From: Macrostomum lignano
Taxonomy: Eukaryota
NCBI GenBank assembly: GCA_002269645.1
Contig: NIVC01002143.1
Location: 60,768 to 124,767 of the forward strand
Length of the DNA stretch: 64,000 bases
Reading direction: 5' to 3'
In this document: positions 12,536 to 49,400 of the stretch, piece after piece
Layout of the letters: the number at the start of each line of letters is the position of its first letter
Position numbering within the stretch: position 1 is the stretch's first letter
Position numbers and translations under genes: made by a program
Notes under the pieces: model-generated
The model's database searches: none
Told to the model about the DNA's origin: nothing
The model's input: only the letters and a program-made list of their open reading frames with translations

Positions 12536-13629
12536 GGTTTGGGAGAATTAAATAGTGATACAAAAGATAATGAAACATTTAAAATATGTCTTGCAATCTG
12601 AGACTATGATTTCTGTTACTAGTATTAAAGCCTGATGTTTTCAATCACAGTAGTACTGTCTTACAGAATAAAGTGTAATATATGGGGAGAACTCTACTAT
12701 ATTTAGCTATTTAATTTAGCTACTTTCTGTTCAGTAGTTTAAGCGTAAAAAGCAACATTTATTAAACTAGCTCCACTACTAGTAAATTTTGATCCTCTTT
12801 TTAAGCTTGGTCATAGAAAAAAACTTTTTTCAGTCTTTTGCATTGGGAGATGCTTTCATAGTACACACAAAATGCGTCCTATTGACTGAAACTGGGATCG
12901 TATCCTCCGCTTTTGCTTGTTTGAGCATTTTCATTGGTTGGTAATTCAAGTCTGGATAGAAAATACCGTTTTACTTCAATGATGCAGCTAAAAGCGCAGA
13001 GGTGCAGTCGAAAAGGATCAATAAATATTTCCTACTAATGACTTGGGAGCACTGACATGCGTTTTGTAGTCTTCTTTCTTACTGCTTTTTCAATTTTGGA
13101 CGCACTACCGTAATAGTTTACAATTTCTATTTTTTATTGTCAAATGATCTTAAAAATAATATAGATAATTTCTTTACTAACCTACTGCCAGTAGAAATGC
13201 AGGAGTAATAAACGCGCAATTCAGTAAAACGAATATTTTTTTATATCTACAAGCTACATGTATTTAATATTGAGTCGTTCAATACCTCCCACTGCTTTAA
13301 GAAGCTTAATATTTATTTTTCAATTTATAGTAAAGTGCCTATGCGGACTATTAATATCGATTTCTTCTATTAAAATTTCTCCTGTAATTTGTTTAGCGTT
13401 TTGGACAAGTAAAATTGCATTTTCTTTAGTTGGTGCTTTTCTAAAATCTGTAAGCAATCTCGCAATTCGCGTTTGTTTGTTTTGTGTTTTTGAGCTGCCT
13501 CCATAAGATATTGATCAATAAATTCCGAAACGTCCTCGCGGTTTAAATATTGAATATTTATCATGTCAGTTAATTTTTGGGGGTTTTGCTTTCGTTAATA
13601 ATTATTTATCTTTTGCATAAATACATGCA

Positions 13630-14150
13630 TCTATGCCCCATTCCCCACCCTATCTATGCCCCATTCGCCACCCTATCTATGCCCCATTCCCCACCCTATC
13701 TATGCTCATTCCCCACCCTATCTATGCCCCATTCCCCACCCTATCTATGCTCATTCCCCACCCTATCTATGCCCCATTCCCCACCCTATCTATGCTCATT
13801 CCCCACCCTATCTATGCCCCATTCCCCACCCTATCTATGCCCCACCCCCACCTATCTATGCCCCATTCCCCACCCTATCTATGCCCAATTCCCCACCCAA
13901 TCTATGCCCCACCCCCACCCTATCTATGCCCCATCCCCACCCTATCTATGCCTCATTCCCCACCCTATCTATGCCCAATTCCCCACCCAATCTATGGCCC
14001 ATTCCCCACCCTATCTATGCCCCATTCCCCACCCTATCTATGCTCATTCGCCACCCAATCTATGCCCCATTCCCCACACTATCTATGCCTCATTCCCCAC
14101 CCTATCTATGCCCAATTCCCCACCCAATCTATGGCCCATTCCCCAGCATA
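13630..14150. repeat. ~21-23-bp minisatellite (ccccattccccaccctatctatg)
   Basis: Tandem copies; source of three overlapping Pro-rich ORFs. Confidence 0.95.
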
Positions 14151-15646
14151 AGCCCATTGAATCCAAATTTTTCATTCAGTTTTTAATAGCTTACATTTGC
14201 ATGTAATGACGTCATATTTCAATAAGAAAGAGTTTAAACAGTAAACCTTCGTGGTTTCATGACCGTTAGTTACCATTTTTTACATATTTTAATTAATGAG
14301 CATACTACTTATAAAATAGTAGCCACTTAATGTCGAGTGAAATTGAGCTTATAATTTTTACTCCTTAACTACTGCAGTGTCAGTTAATTGATTATAATTT
14401 CGAAGCTGGCATTCAGAATTGGGTCTGTCTCGTATTTACGAGCGTATGAAGCCCCAATCTTGTCCCCCAGGGCTATTAGTGTGCGCTGCGTGAGAATGAG
14501 TTGAGAAGCAGACACTGAAAATCTGCTGGTTGCGACCTGAGAGAGAATACGGCTGAATATTTATATATATCTTCATGCCCCTCAACTGCCTGAATCTTTC
14601 TTTTATTTCTCTCGCATTCCTTTACAGCCACGCCCTAGCTCGGTGACAGTAGCAGACTGAACTGCAGCATTAATATGGAGAAATATAACTTGCTTCTACA
14701 ATACATGCAATATGCATTGGCTGGTGTCATTGCTCTATGAATTTTGTGCAAACTTTGTGCGCTTTTCAACGCTGTATATACGAGTACTGGACTGTAGGTG
14801 AAGGGGGGCGGTGCTGTGACAGTACAGTATGTGCTCATGAGGGGAAGAGAGTCCGGGGAGAGGGGGGGGGGAAGAAGCTCAAAGAGAACTTGAAGACGAA
14901 GTCCTCTCTTCTGTTGTAGCCCTAGTTTTCCCAACCTCCCACCCACTGTAACTTTTCCTCCCCTTCCCTACCTCAGCTCAGATCTCTTCCTAACAAGCCA
15001 GATTGCGGCCTCATCATCAAAGACTCCCTTTTGATTTTCCTTATCAGCTCGTCGCCCCAGCTCTGCAACACACCGCTACATCGAAGTGAAACAACCTGGC
15101 TTCTGTTTGCCGGCCTTTGGCTTCTATTGACAAGGCAATACAAAAACTCAATGAACCAGAGTTTGTGTGTTATGCCTTGTCTGTGTTAGTTTTCCTTACT
15201 CTCCTCTCCGTAAGCCTGCAGCACTGCAGCCGTTGCCCATTGTCCCTTGAGCACAAGCAACAGTACTAGAAAAGTGGGCATTATTCCTCTCCTTTTACTC
15301 TCTAGCTGTTCAGTAGGTGCGCGCGCACACACACACAAGCGTGCTGGCGCACACAAAGTCTGCTTGAGTCCACTCAGCAACGTCAGCCGACCCTGCAGCG
15401 AAAGAAACTCACGCCCAACACCCCTGCGCCCTCCTCAATTGTTGGAGTAGAAAAAATACCTTTTTTACAAGCTTCTCTGGGTGGACTCAATCTTTCACCG
15501 CAGACCCGAGTAAGAACGAGGCCAGGCTTAAGAAGAGCTCATGCGAGCATCTTTGCACTCAGCGAACCTTGCCCTGTCTCAACTGAGCACTTCAGCCCTT
15601 CAAACTTCATCGGATTTCCAGCAGAGGCGGTTTCCCGGATCCCATC

Positions 15647-33766
<18,120 letters not shown>

Positions 33767-33904
33767 GGACTGCAACTGACTGTTTACTGTTGAAGTGCTT
33801 TTTATAGCCCGAATCCCAACTGCATATTGCTCTAACTTAAAAATGTGCACCCAGTTTTTAGAAATAGGATATTGCTTTATTTTCACACTGCAGTACCGGA
33901 CATC

Positions 33905-34200
33905 CCTCACAAATCAGGTCGGTTATTTTTAGAAACAGGAGAACCCCGAAAATTCATATCGAATCAGACCGGCTATTTTTAGAAACAGGAGAAGCCCCAA
34001 AATCCAATCAGGCCGTCTATTTTTAGAAACAGGAGAAGCCGGAGAATCCATATCGAAACAGACCGGCTATTTTTAGAAACAGGAAAATTCCTGAAATCTG
34101 TTACAAATCAGGCTGGTTATTTATAGAAACATGGAAAGCTCGGGAATCCCCGACGAATCGGGCTGGTCATATTTCGAAACAGGAGCAGCCCAGGAATTCC
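33905..34200. repeat. Degenerate ~55-bp tandem repeat (tatttttagaaacagga core)
   Basis: About 6 copies just downstream of the spectrin/Ig gene stop. Confidence 0.8.
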
Positions 34201-36519
34201 TCACGATTCCATATCAATAAAAAATCCAAAAAAATATTCTATTGTTTCGAATCTTCCCTTCCAGCGTACTTTTTCCGACCCTATTTTTATTTGCTGCTGT
34301 GAAAGTCGAATTTCTGCGCATTATTGTTTAGTTATTTATCAAATTGATATTTTTGCATCCAACCATTAATTCTACTTACAATAAGAGACAGCACATTTAG
34401 CTAGCTTATTTTTTGTGTGTATTTTTTATTAACATGCGCCATTATACCTTAATATATATGAACTTTAATATTATCTAACAACTTTTTTCAGTTGTAATTT
34501 ATGTTGCGTCGCTTCTATACACCTGCTTAGCAATACATAATTAATATTTATTCTTTGTGCAAACCCTTCAATTAATCTTAACAAATTAATATTCTACTAA
34601 ACAGGCCTATCATATGCGCAACAGTCCCTCTTCCAGTACTAATTAAAAAACTGAATTTTCATTTTATTTGAACTACTTAAAATGAACGTTCATTGCGATG
34701 TATATGTACCAATTTACAAAAATATTTGACAAGATAAAATGCACTGTCTGCATGCTAACTGTTGATCAGTAGTGGCATAAGTTGTTAAACTTTACATTAT
34801 TACTCTTCGTAAATGTGTGATGAAAAATTACACGAACTTATGCTATGATTTTTTCCACAGGACAGATGAATGTAAAAAATTATTACAACTTTTTTGCTAC
34901 TCCTTGCCGCCCACTTTAAATTGTTCTTATTATAAACAAACTAAATTCACATTTGCAGCTCTACAATATTTAAGAAAAACAGCTCTACAATGTTCGTACT
35001 TTAAATTTTTATCTGCTGCTTTTACACAATTAGTCTTGATCATTTTTTCTTTAGCACCATGGACACTTAAAAGAACAAAAAATGTTAATAAACCTTGAGA
35101 AATATCTATTTAACAACAGTGCAATGTAATGTTCAAATTTATCACCTGGAAAGCTCTGGAAAATAAGCAACTCTAGAATAAAGTTGTGAGTTAAAAAATT
35201 TAAAATAAGTCAGTTATTGACCAATATCCCCGTTTGTATAATATGCATGCGTCCATCTACAATACATGTACGTACATAACAGTACATTGTACGTGTGCTG
35301 TACCGTCAGTGTTTTGAGATAGTACATCAGCGCTTCATGACGAAAATTTCTGCTTCTATGCATCATCAAAAATTTTTATTTAGTCTTGAGTAAATACTGG
35401 CTCGATACCGCGGTTCCTTTAACGACCTTGTTCGTTCTCCCCTGTTTAAAAATTAACGAGTGAAAATAAACAATCTCGTGATTAATTATTGAAACTATTT
35501 GTGTTCAATGCTACTTCTAATACGAGCGCTAAAATGCAGTGCTATGAGCTTGTTGTTTTAAGACCGGGAACTTTCTAAGATTTGGGTTTTAAGGATCGTT
35601 ACTTAAATCGACGACGTCGAACGCATGTAGAGTTACAAATTTAAATTGTTTTCCGCGTCGTGATTTAACAAAAGTAAAGACGTAGTAAATATGAAAATTA
35701 CTAAATAGCAATAAAAAATGTAAAAAATAAAAAAGAATCAAATTTAAACTAAAAAATGTACATTAATATTTTTATTACGTCTTTAAAGAGTGCATCGAAT
35801 ATTTTGTTGTTCCTAGAGCTTTTCAATTCTGATTTTCGTCAGGTTTTTTGGTTCAAAACAGCGCCATCTCATCATGCTTTTGAATTGAGTAGCATCGTTA
35901 GATAAATTCTTTGTGTGAATTTTTTAACTTTAATACATTGCAAAATATGATAGCTACGTTACACTGGCTGTAAATAGTCCGTCCGTAAAAGTATTTAACT
36001 TTTTCTTTTTCAGCCATTCCATTTACTGTTTTACAGTGACAGACAGTAAAAGTAAATAAAAGTTCGAAAGAGAAAGCTGACACTATGATCTCATCATCTC
36101 AACAATCATGGCCATTAAAAGAAGTTAGGCCTAAAATAACTGATATGTTTATATTTCTTTAACCTGCCTTGAAACAAAATTGAAACAGTGACATTTAACA
36201 GTTATTGAATTTTTTATTTTCATTATTTTCATTCATTCCATATTTTCATTCCAATATTCTACAGAATTTCATTCCATATTTCTACACAGGTACAAAAATA
36301 TTTTTATTGTAATATTATGTATAACTTGTATCGTATAATTTTGTTGTCTATAGTTTTTTAATATTATATTTTTTATTTATTGAGAAAAACCATTAACATA
36401 TTCTAGCACTTATTATACAGGTTGACTAAAAGCCTAAAAACTCAAATTTACAGCTCTCGCTGTATTGACTGACCAGAAAGCAGAAAGCAGTTTTTTTATA
36501 AACAGAAGATTTCTCAAGC

Positions 36520-37013
36520 ATGAGCAAGGCCTTGCTTATTCTTATAGCGTTAGCAGGTGAGAGTGAATATTGTTCGGTTCGGACCGATTTTTTTCGCTGG
36601 AACTTATCACAGAATATTTTCCTCTGCAGCCTCCCTGCTCACCGCCGACGCTCTCAACTGCTATGCTTGCTCAAGATGCAGCGCTTCCTTTAAAAAATCG
36701 CAACAGGCCGTGCTCTCAGACTGCACCCACTGTGCTGTGAGTTTTTGCGACAGACACGATTTGCAACTCGTTAAAAGTTAAATATCAACAACCATCAGCT
36801 TCTCTTGACTTGCAGCGTACAATTTACAAAGATAGCTCCACTGTCAGCCGGTACTGCGCCAGCTTCTGTGTATCGGGCACCGACTCCTTTGGCAACAGCG
36901 TCGATTGCTGCAACAACAAAAGCTACTGCAACTCTACCAGCCAACTCGGTGGCTTCCGCCTGACAACTCTGCTTTCGGGCTTTGTTCTCGCCGTCTTCTG
37001 CTCCCGGCTGTGA
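36520..37013 (+). CDS. Ly6/uPAR (three-finger, LU-domain) protein A, signal peptide + probable GPI anchor
   Basis: Exons 36520-36556, 36630-36736, 36816-37013. MSKALLILIALAASLL signal peptide, 10 Cys with CYAC..C and terminal CCNNKSYCN, hydrophobic C-terminal tail. Confidence 0.9.
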
Positions 37014-37019
37014 GCCGGC

Positions 37020-37445
37020 TATGATTGCTGCTTGAGTAGCCTTACAGCATCTGTGCTCACTGTGTGACTGCTGCTTGAGTAGCCTTACAGCATCTGTGCT
37101 CACTGTGTGATTGTTGCTTGAGTAGCCTTACAGCATCTGTGCTCACTGTGTGATTGCTGCTTGAGTAGCCTTACAGCATCTGTATTCACTGTGTGACTGC
37201 TGCTTGAGTAGCCTTACAGCATCTGTGCTCACTGTGTGATTGCTGCTTGAGTAGCCTTACAGCATCTGTATTCACTGTGTGACTGCTGCTTGAGTAGCCT
37301 TACAGCATCTGTGCTCACTGTGTGATTGCTGCTTGAGTAGCCTAACAGCATCTGTGCTCACTGTGTGTTTGCTGCTTGAGTAGCCTTACAGCATCTGTGC
37401 TGACTGTGATTGCTGCTTGAGTAGCCTTACAGCATCTGTGCCAAC
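37020..37445 (+). repeat. 41-43-bp minisatellite in 3' UTR of Ly6 gene A
   Basis: Unit ttgctgcttgagtagccttacagcatctgtgctcactgtgtga, starting a few nt after the stop. Confidence 0.95.
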
Positions 37446-38379
37446 TTTAGTAATCAACCTTTTAATCAACGAAGTATTCGAGCTCAGATTTGAGAACAGT
37501 TTCCAACTACCCAAATTTTGATTGTCTCGCCGTATAAATCTTTTTAAGCACTGCATTTTTAACAGACATTGCACGTACCTCGTCGACATGGTGATTTGCA
37601 TGTATCAGCAGATTTCAACAAAAAAATACATGTGTACATGTGTACTCGAATAAATATTGGTTCCTACTCGCTTAAACTGGCCTAATAATTTTTTGGTCAT
37701 TCAATGATTCTCTTTACCTTCAGTTAATGATTCCAATGGCATATAAGAATTCCATGATGCGCCTTGACCTCCAAGGTCTACTGTAATACATTTTGCACTT
37801 ATTTCGATTTTTTGCATCAAATAAAATTCGAACTGTAAAAGTCAGAACATACTACTAACTGAATAACGGTCAAAACAGTGTTATGGATTTGTTCATTGTA
37901 AACTACGTTGGTTTTCAAATAAAATGTTGATGAATATTCTGACCTTACAGGCTTGTTGAAAGTGCACAATGGCTTCCTGGTGTACTGGTTAATTTCGACT
38001 AAGAAATTCATGCATTCGTGACTTTTTCGTTGAACAATCAAGAAGACATTTGCAATAATTTAAACCTAACAATATTTGCTTTCAGTGGCCAGTGGCAAGT
38101 AAAAGTTCCCAGGTATTGTTGCAGCTGCTGAATGGAAGCCAACGGAATCTTAGATGAAACATTTTTAATCGATTTATTCTCGTACACACGCAAACCAAGC
38201 ACTGTCAGATGCATTTCAATTCCCCTTTAATGGTTCTTAGCGCTAAAGTACTGAAAATTGCTGACAAATTTCATAAATATATTTGTATTCGAATTGCAGG
38301 CACAAAAAATGAACAGTTTAAAATCTCTGTTTGAAGGCGCAAAATGCAGAATCAAAAAAGGTCGCAGAGTGGGGGTTGC

Positions 38380-38800
38380 TCAAGCAGCAATCACAGTGAG
38401 CACAGATGCTGTAAGGCTACTCAAGCAGCAATCACAGTGAGCACAAATGCTGTAAGGCTACTCAAGCAGCAATCACACAGTGAGCACAGATGCTGTAAGG
38501 CTACTCAAGCAGCAGTCACACAGTGAGCACAGATGCTGTAAAGCTACTCAAGCAGCAATCACAGTGAGCACAGATGCTCAAGGCTACTCAAGCAGCAATC
38601 ACACAGTGAGCACAGATGCTGTAAGGCTACTCAAGCAGCAGTCACACAGTGAGCACAGATGCTGTAAGGCTACTCAAGCAGCAATCACAGTGAGCACAGA
38701 TGCTGTAAGGCTACTCAAGCAGCAATCACAGTGAGCACAGATGCTGTAAGGCTACTCAAGCAGCAATCACAGATGCTTTAAGGCTACTCAAGCAGCATTG
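38380..38800 (-). repeat. Same 41-43-bp minisatellite, inverted, in 3' UTR of Ly6 gene B
   Basis: Reverse complement of the 37020-37445 unit. Confidence 0.95.
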
Positions 38801-38802
38801 GT

Positions 38803-39326
38803 TCACAGCTGGGAGCAGAAGACAGCAAGAGCAGCGAGCAGCAGCAGCAGCAGCAGCAGGCAGGAGCTGCGCAGCAGTCCAGTTGAATTGCAGTAGTCTT
38901 TGTTGCTGCAGCAGTAAATTCTGTTTCCAGACGTGTCGGTGCCTGAGACACACATGCTGGCACAAATCCTACTGACAGAGTCGCTGTCAGCGTATTTATA
39001 CTTCTGCGGGAAAAAATATCGCATTATAACGTACTTGATTACTAGATTAACAGGTACGATTCCCTCTGCCATCAGTCCAGAATTTGTGCTGAACTCACCG
39101 CGCACAGTGAGCAGCCTGATTCCTCGTAGACATATTTTTTCTCGAGGTTGTCGCTACATTTCGAACAAGTGTAGCACTTTCTAGCGTCAGTGGCGAGTAT
39201 GGAAGCTTAATGAGGTGGTAATTTTTGAATGTCATTGATTACTATACAATTGCTGATAATATTCTCAATCATATTAGTTACTGATTAGTTACCTCCGAGC
39301 GCAAGAAGAAGCAGGGCTCTGCTCAT
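38803..39326 (-). CDS. Ly6/uPAR (three-finger) protein B, paralog of 36520-37013
   Basis: Exons 39326-39293, 39205-39099, 39003-38803. Same intron phases (1, 0), 10 Cys, CCSNKDYCN, poly-Leu GPI-type tail ending LAVFCSQL. Confidence 0.9.
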
Positions 39327-40016
39327 ACTGAAAGTAGAAATTAATTAAAATTAGGATTTTTACTTTTTAGAAGCAGAGTATAATACTGTAGCGTACAAAT
39401 GTTATAATGAATATAAACTAACAATAGAATGCTTAATTCAAATATTAAAAAAATCATATCAAAACCACAAAGCTATGTTCTTTGAATTTTTCTAGAAATA
39501 TTTAAGGAGATAAAAAAATGGTATACAAAACTGCTTAAAATAAATATTAGCTGGTTAATGCGAAGTACTCGTAGATGTCGATTACTATAGATTTCTTTGA
39601 ACGAGTTTTAACTTAAGGTAATCTTTTGTATTTTTTTATTAATTATCCAGTAACTTTATGAAATAAAGTTAAATAATATTTACATAATATTAATGTCTTT
39701 TTAATGTTTATAATGATGATTATCTGCCTGACCCATTCAATATACATACACATTTTTAAATTATGAATAACTCATGCATCATTGCATACCTTCTTTTGTT
39801 TTCCTCTGACTTGAAAAAAAGTAAATATTTTATAAAACTGAGTTGAAACGCACCGGGTACAACAATTGATACAATACAACGCAAACAGATTCTTATTAAC
39901 TTGTTATCTGAAATTTGACAAAAACAATATTTTTAAATAATGTTTTCTGCACTACGCTCAACCTGTCTACTTTAATAACGTACAGCTGTTTCTTTTGTTT
40001 TATTGCGCATCACACC

Positions 40017-40280
<264 letters not shown>

Positions 40281-40926
40281 CTTAACGTAAAAAGCAAGTG
40301 ACATGCTTTTAGAAACTCCGAAGGCGAAGCTCCGAATTTTTCGCACAGGTCCGACGTGCCTACTTTTAAATATATGGTTTTTAGATAATTTCTATACAGT
40401 GCCTCAATGGAATTTTATAGCATTACGACCAAGGATCGCTGGTCCTTGAATACGACTCGTAGTCAAGCTAGCTGTGTCAGGTTGCCATTACGATCGCTAT
40501 TATTAAATGAAATATCTACGCTCTCTAAGAAGATTTGAGTGCCGCATTACTGCATGAATTAAATTAAACAATATTAACTTCAAAACTGTTGTACATGTGA
40601 GTGCAGTACGAGAATATTTGCACATTTTTGTTTACAATTATAATTATTTTCTTGCTTCATACATAGCCTTAACGAAAGCAGTGAAAAAAGTGCGAATCTG
40701 TGTAGACTAAATATAGCTCGAGTATATATCCGTCTAGCCTTTACCGAGATTGTTTATAAAGTCTACTGTGAATCCAGTTGATGGGTTCATTATTATACGT
40801 ACCCTTGCATGTACATGTACATGTACATGTATAATTGCCAGTACTGGATGTCAGCTACTGGTACTACGAGATGAGTGCGCACGTACATATAAATCGGCCT
40901 CAAATACAGGTTTTACAGATGACCAA

Positions 40927-45518
<4,592 letters not shown>

Positions 45519-45557
45519 CTGTGAGCGGGCTGCAGTCTCTGCGCTCTCCCTCTACCC

Positions 45558-45566
45558 TTTATATAC
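45558..45566 (-). promoter_or_regulatory. Candidate TATA box of aPKC
   Basis: Minus strand reads gtatataaagg ~45 nt upstream of the ATG at 45518. Confidence 0.4.
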
Positions 45567-45724
45567 AGTAGCTGGCTGCAGATACGCGAATTTCCTGTAT
45601 TTGTGCTACTGCTGACAGTAGTGAAAATTGAGCATTACTTTAAAATTTTGGTTGGAAATACAAAAAATCTGGATCTGCTTCATCGTATTTCTCAAAGCCT
45701 GTCCATTGCATACATGCAGTGGTA

Positions 45725-46090
45725 TATCTCTCAGTGTATGTCTCTCAATGTGTGTCTCTCATTGTGTGTCTCTCAGTGTGTGTCTCTCAGTGTGTGTCTC
45801 TCAGTGTGTGTCTCTCAGTGTGTGTCTCTCAGCGTGTGTGTGTCTCTCAGTGTGTGTCTCTCAGTGTGTGTCTCTCAGCGTGTGTGTGTCTTTCAGTGTG
45901 TGTCTCTCAGTGTGTATCTCACAATCTATATCTCACAGTCTGCATCTCACAGTCTATATCTCACAATCTATATCTCACAATCTATATCTCACAGTCTATA
46001 TCTCACAATCTATATCTCACAGTCGATATCTCACAATCTATACCTCACAGTCTGCATCTCACAGTCTGCATCTCACAGTCTATATCTCAG
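45725..46090. repeat. Compound repeat (tctcagtgtgtg)n then (tctatatctcaca)n
   Basis: Lies between the divergent aPKC and TMEM144 starts. Confidence 0.9.
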
Positions 46091-46431
46091 TCTATCAAGA
46101 AGTACTTTCCTTAGAACGAGAGGCCCTGCACTCTGCCAAAGCTCACTTCTACTATAAGTCAGCTGACGTCAGGATGTGCAAAGGTTTCTAAAGGCGCTAA
46201 CAAGTTTGTTCATTTCTTATCTCTCTTTGGGCTTTGCTTTGCTGGCAGAGACTGTGCGCAACCCAGCAGCTGGTTGGACTCTTTTATCTAAAAAATAGCT
46301 AAATTGCAACATTCCACTGCTTTTCTGCTATTTAGACCAAGAAACTAACGATTTTAGAAGCAGTTTCGCCTGGTTGCTTGTACCTCTTGTTATTCCAAGT
46401 GAAAAAAAACATTAATTCAGCTGAGGAGATC

Positions 46432-49400
46432 ATGAGCATACTTGTGGCGGAAACTTTACAGTTGAATTCGGATGTTGACAACTCCACACAGCCTCCTGAC
46501 TGGGCGGGGTTCACCGCCACGGGGATTGCTGTGCTGTTCTATGGCAGCAACTATGTTCCAGTGAAGAAGTTCGATACTGGAGACGGTGAGTCACTGCGGG
46601 GCTTGACGAGGGTTTTACAGACACAACTGAGGAACGCAGAAGCTGAGCTTGAAGCTTCATCAGATGGGAGACTGGGACTCAGACTGAAGCTTCATCAGAT
46701 GGGAGACTGGGACTCAGACTGAAGCTTCATCAGATGGGAGTCTAGAAATCAGACTGAAGCTTCATCAGATGGGAGTCTAAAAATCAGACTGAAGCTTCAT
46801 CAGATGAGAGTCTGAGCATCAGACTGAAGCTTCATCAGATGGGAGTCTGGGACTCAAACTGAAGCTTCATCAGATGATGAGAGTCTGGGACTCAGAATGA
46901 AGCTTCATCAGATGATGAGAGTCTGGGACTCAGACTGAAACTTCATTAGATGAGTCTGGGACTTCAAACTGGAGATTCGGTGACTCAGACTAGACCTTCA
47001 TTAGCTGGGAGTCTGGAAATCAGGCTAGAGCTTCATCAGGCGAGAGTCTGTCCCCATCCCGACCCCGCAGGCATGCTATTCCAGTTCTTCCTCTGCCTGG
47101 GCATCTGGCTGGTCGGCATGGCGGTCAACGCCATCCGAGCATTCCGCTGTTCCACCCGACTGTGCTGCTGGGCGGCGCAATCTGGACATTCGGCAACCTG
47201 TTCGCGGTGCCGATCATCCAGACCATCGGCATGGGCCTGGGCATACTGATCTGGGGCATGTTCAACATGCTGACTGGCTGGGCTACTGGCAGATTTGGGG
47301 TGCTCGGCATCCCACCGCAGGTGCCCAACAGCCTGGCCTTCAACTATGCCGGGGTGGCCATCAGCGCCGTCGCATCCGTGCTGTTCTTCTTCGTCAAGCC
47401 GGAGGCGGAGCAGCAGCTGCCGCAGGAATCCGCCACCTTCGAGGTGGAGCCCGGGCGGCGGAGTGTGCAGACCAGCGATCAGGTGGGTGTTGTTGATGTT
47501 GATGACATTGTTGTTGATGTCGATGACATTGTTGTTGATGTTGATGACATTGTTGTTGATGTTGATGACATTGTTGTTGACGTTGATGACATTGTTGTTG
47601 ATGTTGATCACATTGTTGTTGATGTTGTTGACATTGTTGTTGATGTTGATCACATTGTTGTTGATGTTGATCACATTGTTGTTGATGTTGATCACATTGT
47701 TGTTGATGTTGTTTACATTGTTGTTGATGTTGATCACATTGTTGTTGATGTTGTTGACATTGTTGTTGATGTTGATCACATTGTTGTTGATGTTGTTGAC
47801 ATTGTTGTTGATGTTGATCACATTGTTGTTGATGTTGTTGACATTGTTGTTTATGTTGTTGACATTGTTGTTGGTGTTGATCACATTGTTGTTGGTGTTG
47901 ATGACATTTTTGTTGGTGTTGATGACATTGTTGTTGATGTTGTTGACATTGTTGTTGATGTTGATCACATTGTTGTTGATGTTGTTGACATTGTTGTTGA
48001 TGTTGTTGACATTGTTGTTGATGTTGATGACATTGTTGTTGATGTTGTTGACATTGTTGTTGATGTTGATGACATTGTTGTTGATGTTGATGACATTGTT
48101 GTTGATGTCGTTGGCATTGTTTTTGATGTTGTTGGTATTGTTTTTGATGTTGTTGGGATTGTTTTTGATGTTGTTGGGATTGTTTTTGATGTTGTTGGGA
48201 TTGTTTTTGATGTTGTTGGGATTGTTGTTGATGTTGATGACATTGTTGTTGATGTTGTTGACATTGTTGTTGATGTTGATGACATTGTTGTTGATGTTGA
48301 TGACATTGTTGTTGATGTCGTTGGCATTGTTTTTGATGTTGTTGGTATTGTTTTTGATGTTGTTGGGATTGTTTTTGATGTTGTTGGGATTGTTTTTGAT
48401 GTTGTTGGGATTGTTGTTGATGTTGATGAAATCGTTACTGATTTTGTTGTAAATATTCTTTAAAATACTGTTTATGTTGTGGGCATTTTTATCAACTTTA
48501 TATTCGCAATCTGCTTATATTTTGTGCTGTTTTAGCGCTGTAGTTTTGCTCATTATACATGCACCTACAATTGCTCCCCCTGGCAACCAAAACTTCCTAG
48601 GAAGGCTCAATCTCAGTTTACGACGACGTTTTCGCCAATCAAGAGCAGGGCTCGAGCACAGGACTCTATCCCAGCCTGAGCGCCGGTCGCCGACGGGGCG
48701 ACAAGGCACCCATAGTGAGCCAGACCGCACCGGTGCCGGCGGCGCCTCAGCAGCTGCAGAAGCAGCCGTTCTGGCTGCAGATGTCCCCATTGAGGAGAAG
48801 GATTTTGTAAGGCTGATGCTGCAATCCACCTCTCCCCATCCCTCTGTGTGCTCCCCTCTCCACATCTCTCCCGATCTCCCTCTCTGCTCCCCTCCCTACA
48901 TCTCACCCGATCTCCCTCTCCCTCTCCCTCTGCTCCCCTCCCTACATCTCACCCCGATCTCCCTCTCCCTCTGCTCCCCTCCCTACATCTCTCCCGATCT
49001 CCCACTCCCTCTGCTCCCCTCCCTACATCTCACCCGATCTCCCTCTCCCTCTGCTCCCCTCCCTACATCTCACCCGATCTCCCTCTCCCTCTGCTCCCCT
49101 CCCTACATCTCTCCCGATCTCCCACTCCCTCTGCTCCCCTCCCTACATCTCTCCCGATCTCCCTCTCCCTCTGCTCCCCTCCCTACATCTCACCCGATCT
49201 CCCTCTCCCTCTGCTCCCCTCCCTACATCTCACCCGATCTCCCTCTCCCTCTGCTCCCCTCCCTACATCTCTCCCGATCTCCCACTCCCTCTGCTCCCCT
49301 CCCTAAATCTCTCCCGATCTCCCTGTCTCTCTGCTCCCCTCCCTACATCTCTCCCTATCTCCCTGTCTCTCTGCTCCCCTCCCTACACCTCTCCCGATCT

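Noticed and set aside
34200-36400. Short ORFs in the AT-rich intergenic block
   Set aside because: Composition is unlike host exons, with no motifs and no splice pairing.
46640-46960. CRISPR-like array of ~35-bp palindromic repeats
   Set aside because: The units are contiguous with no unique spacers, lie inside a eukaryotic intron, and no cas genes are present.
47036-48463. Long poly-N, poly-L/M and poly-V/D ORFs (310-433 aa)
   Set aside because: These are translations of an intronic (gtt/gat) repeat past the donor at 47483; only 47071-47482 is TMEM144 exon.
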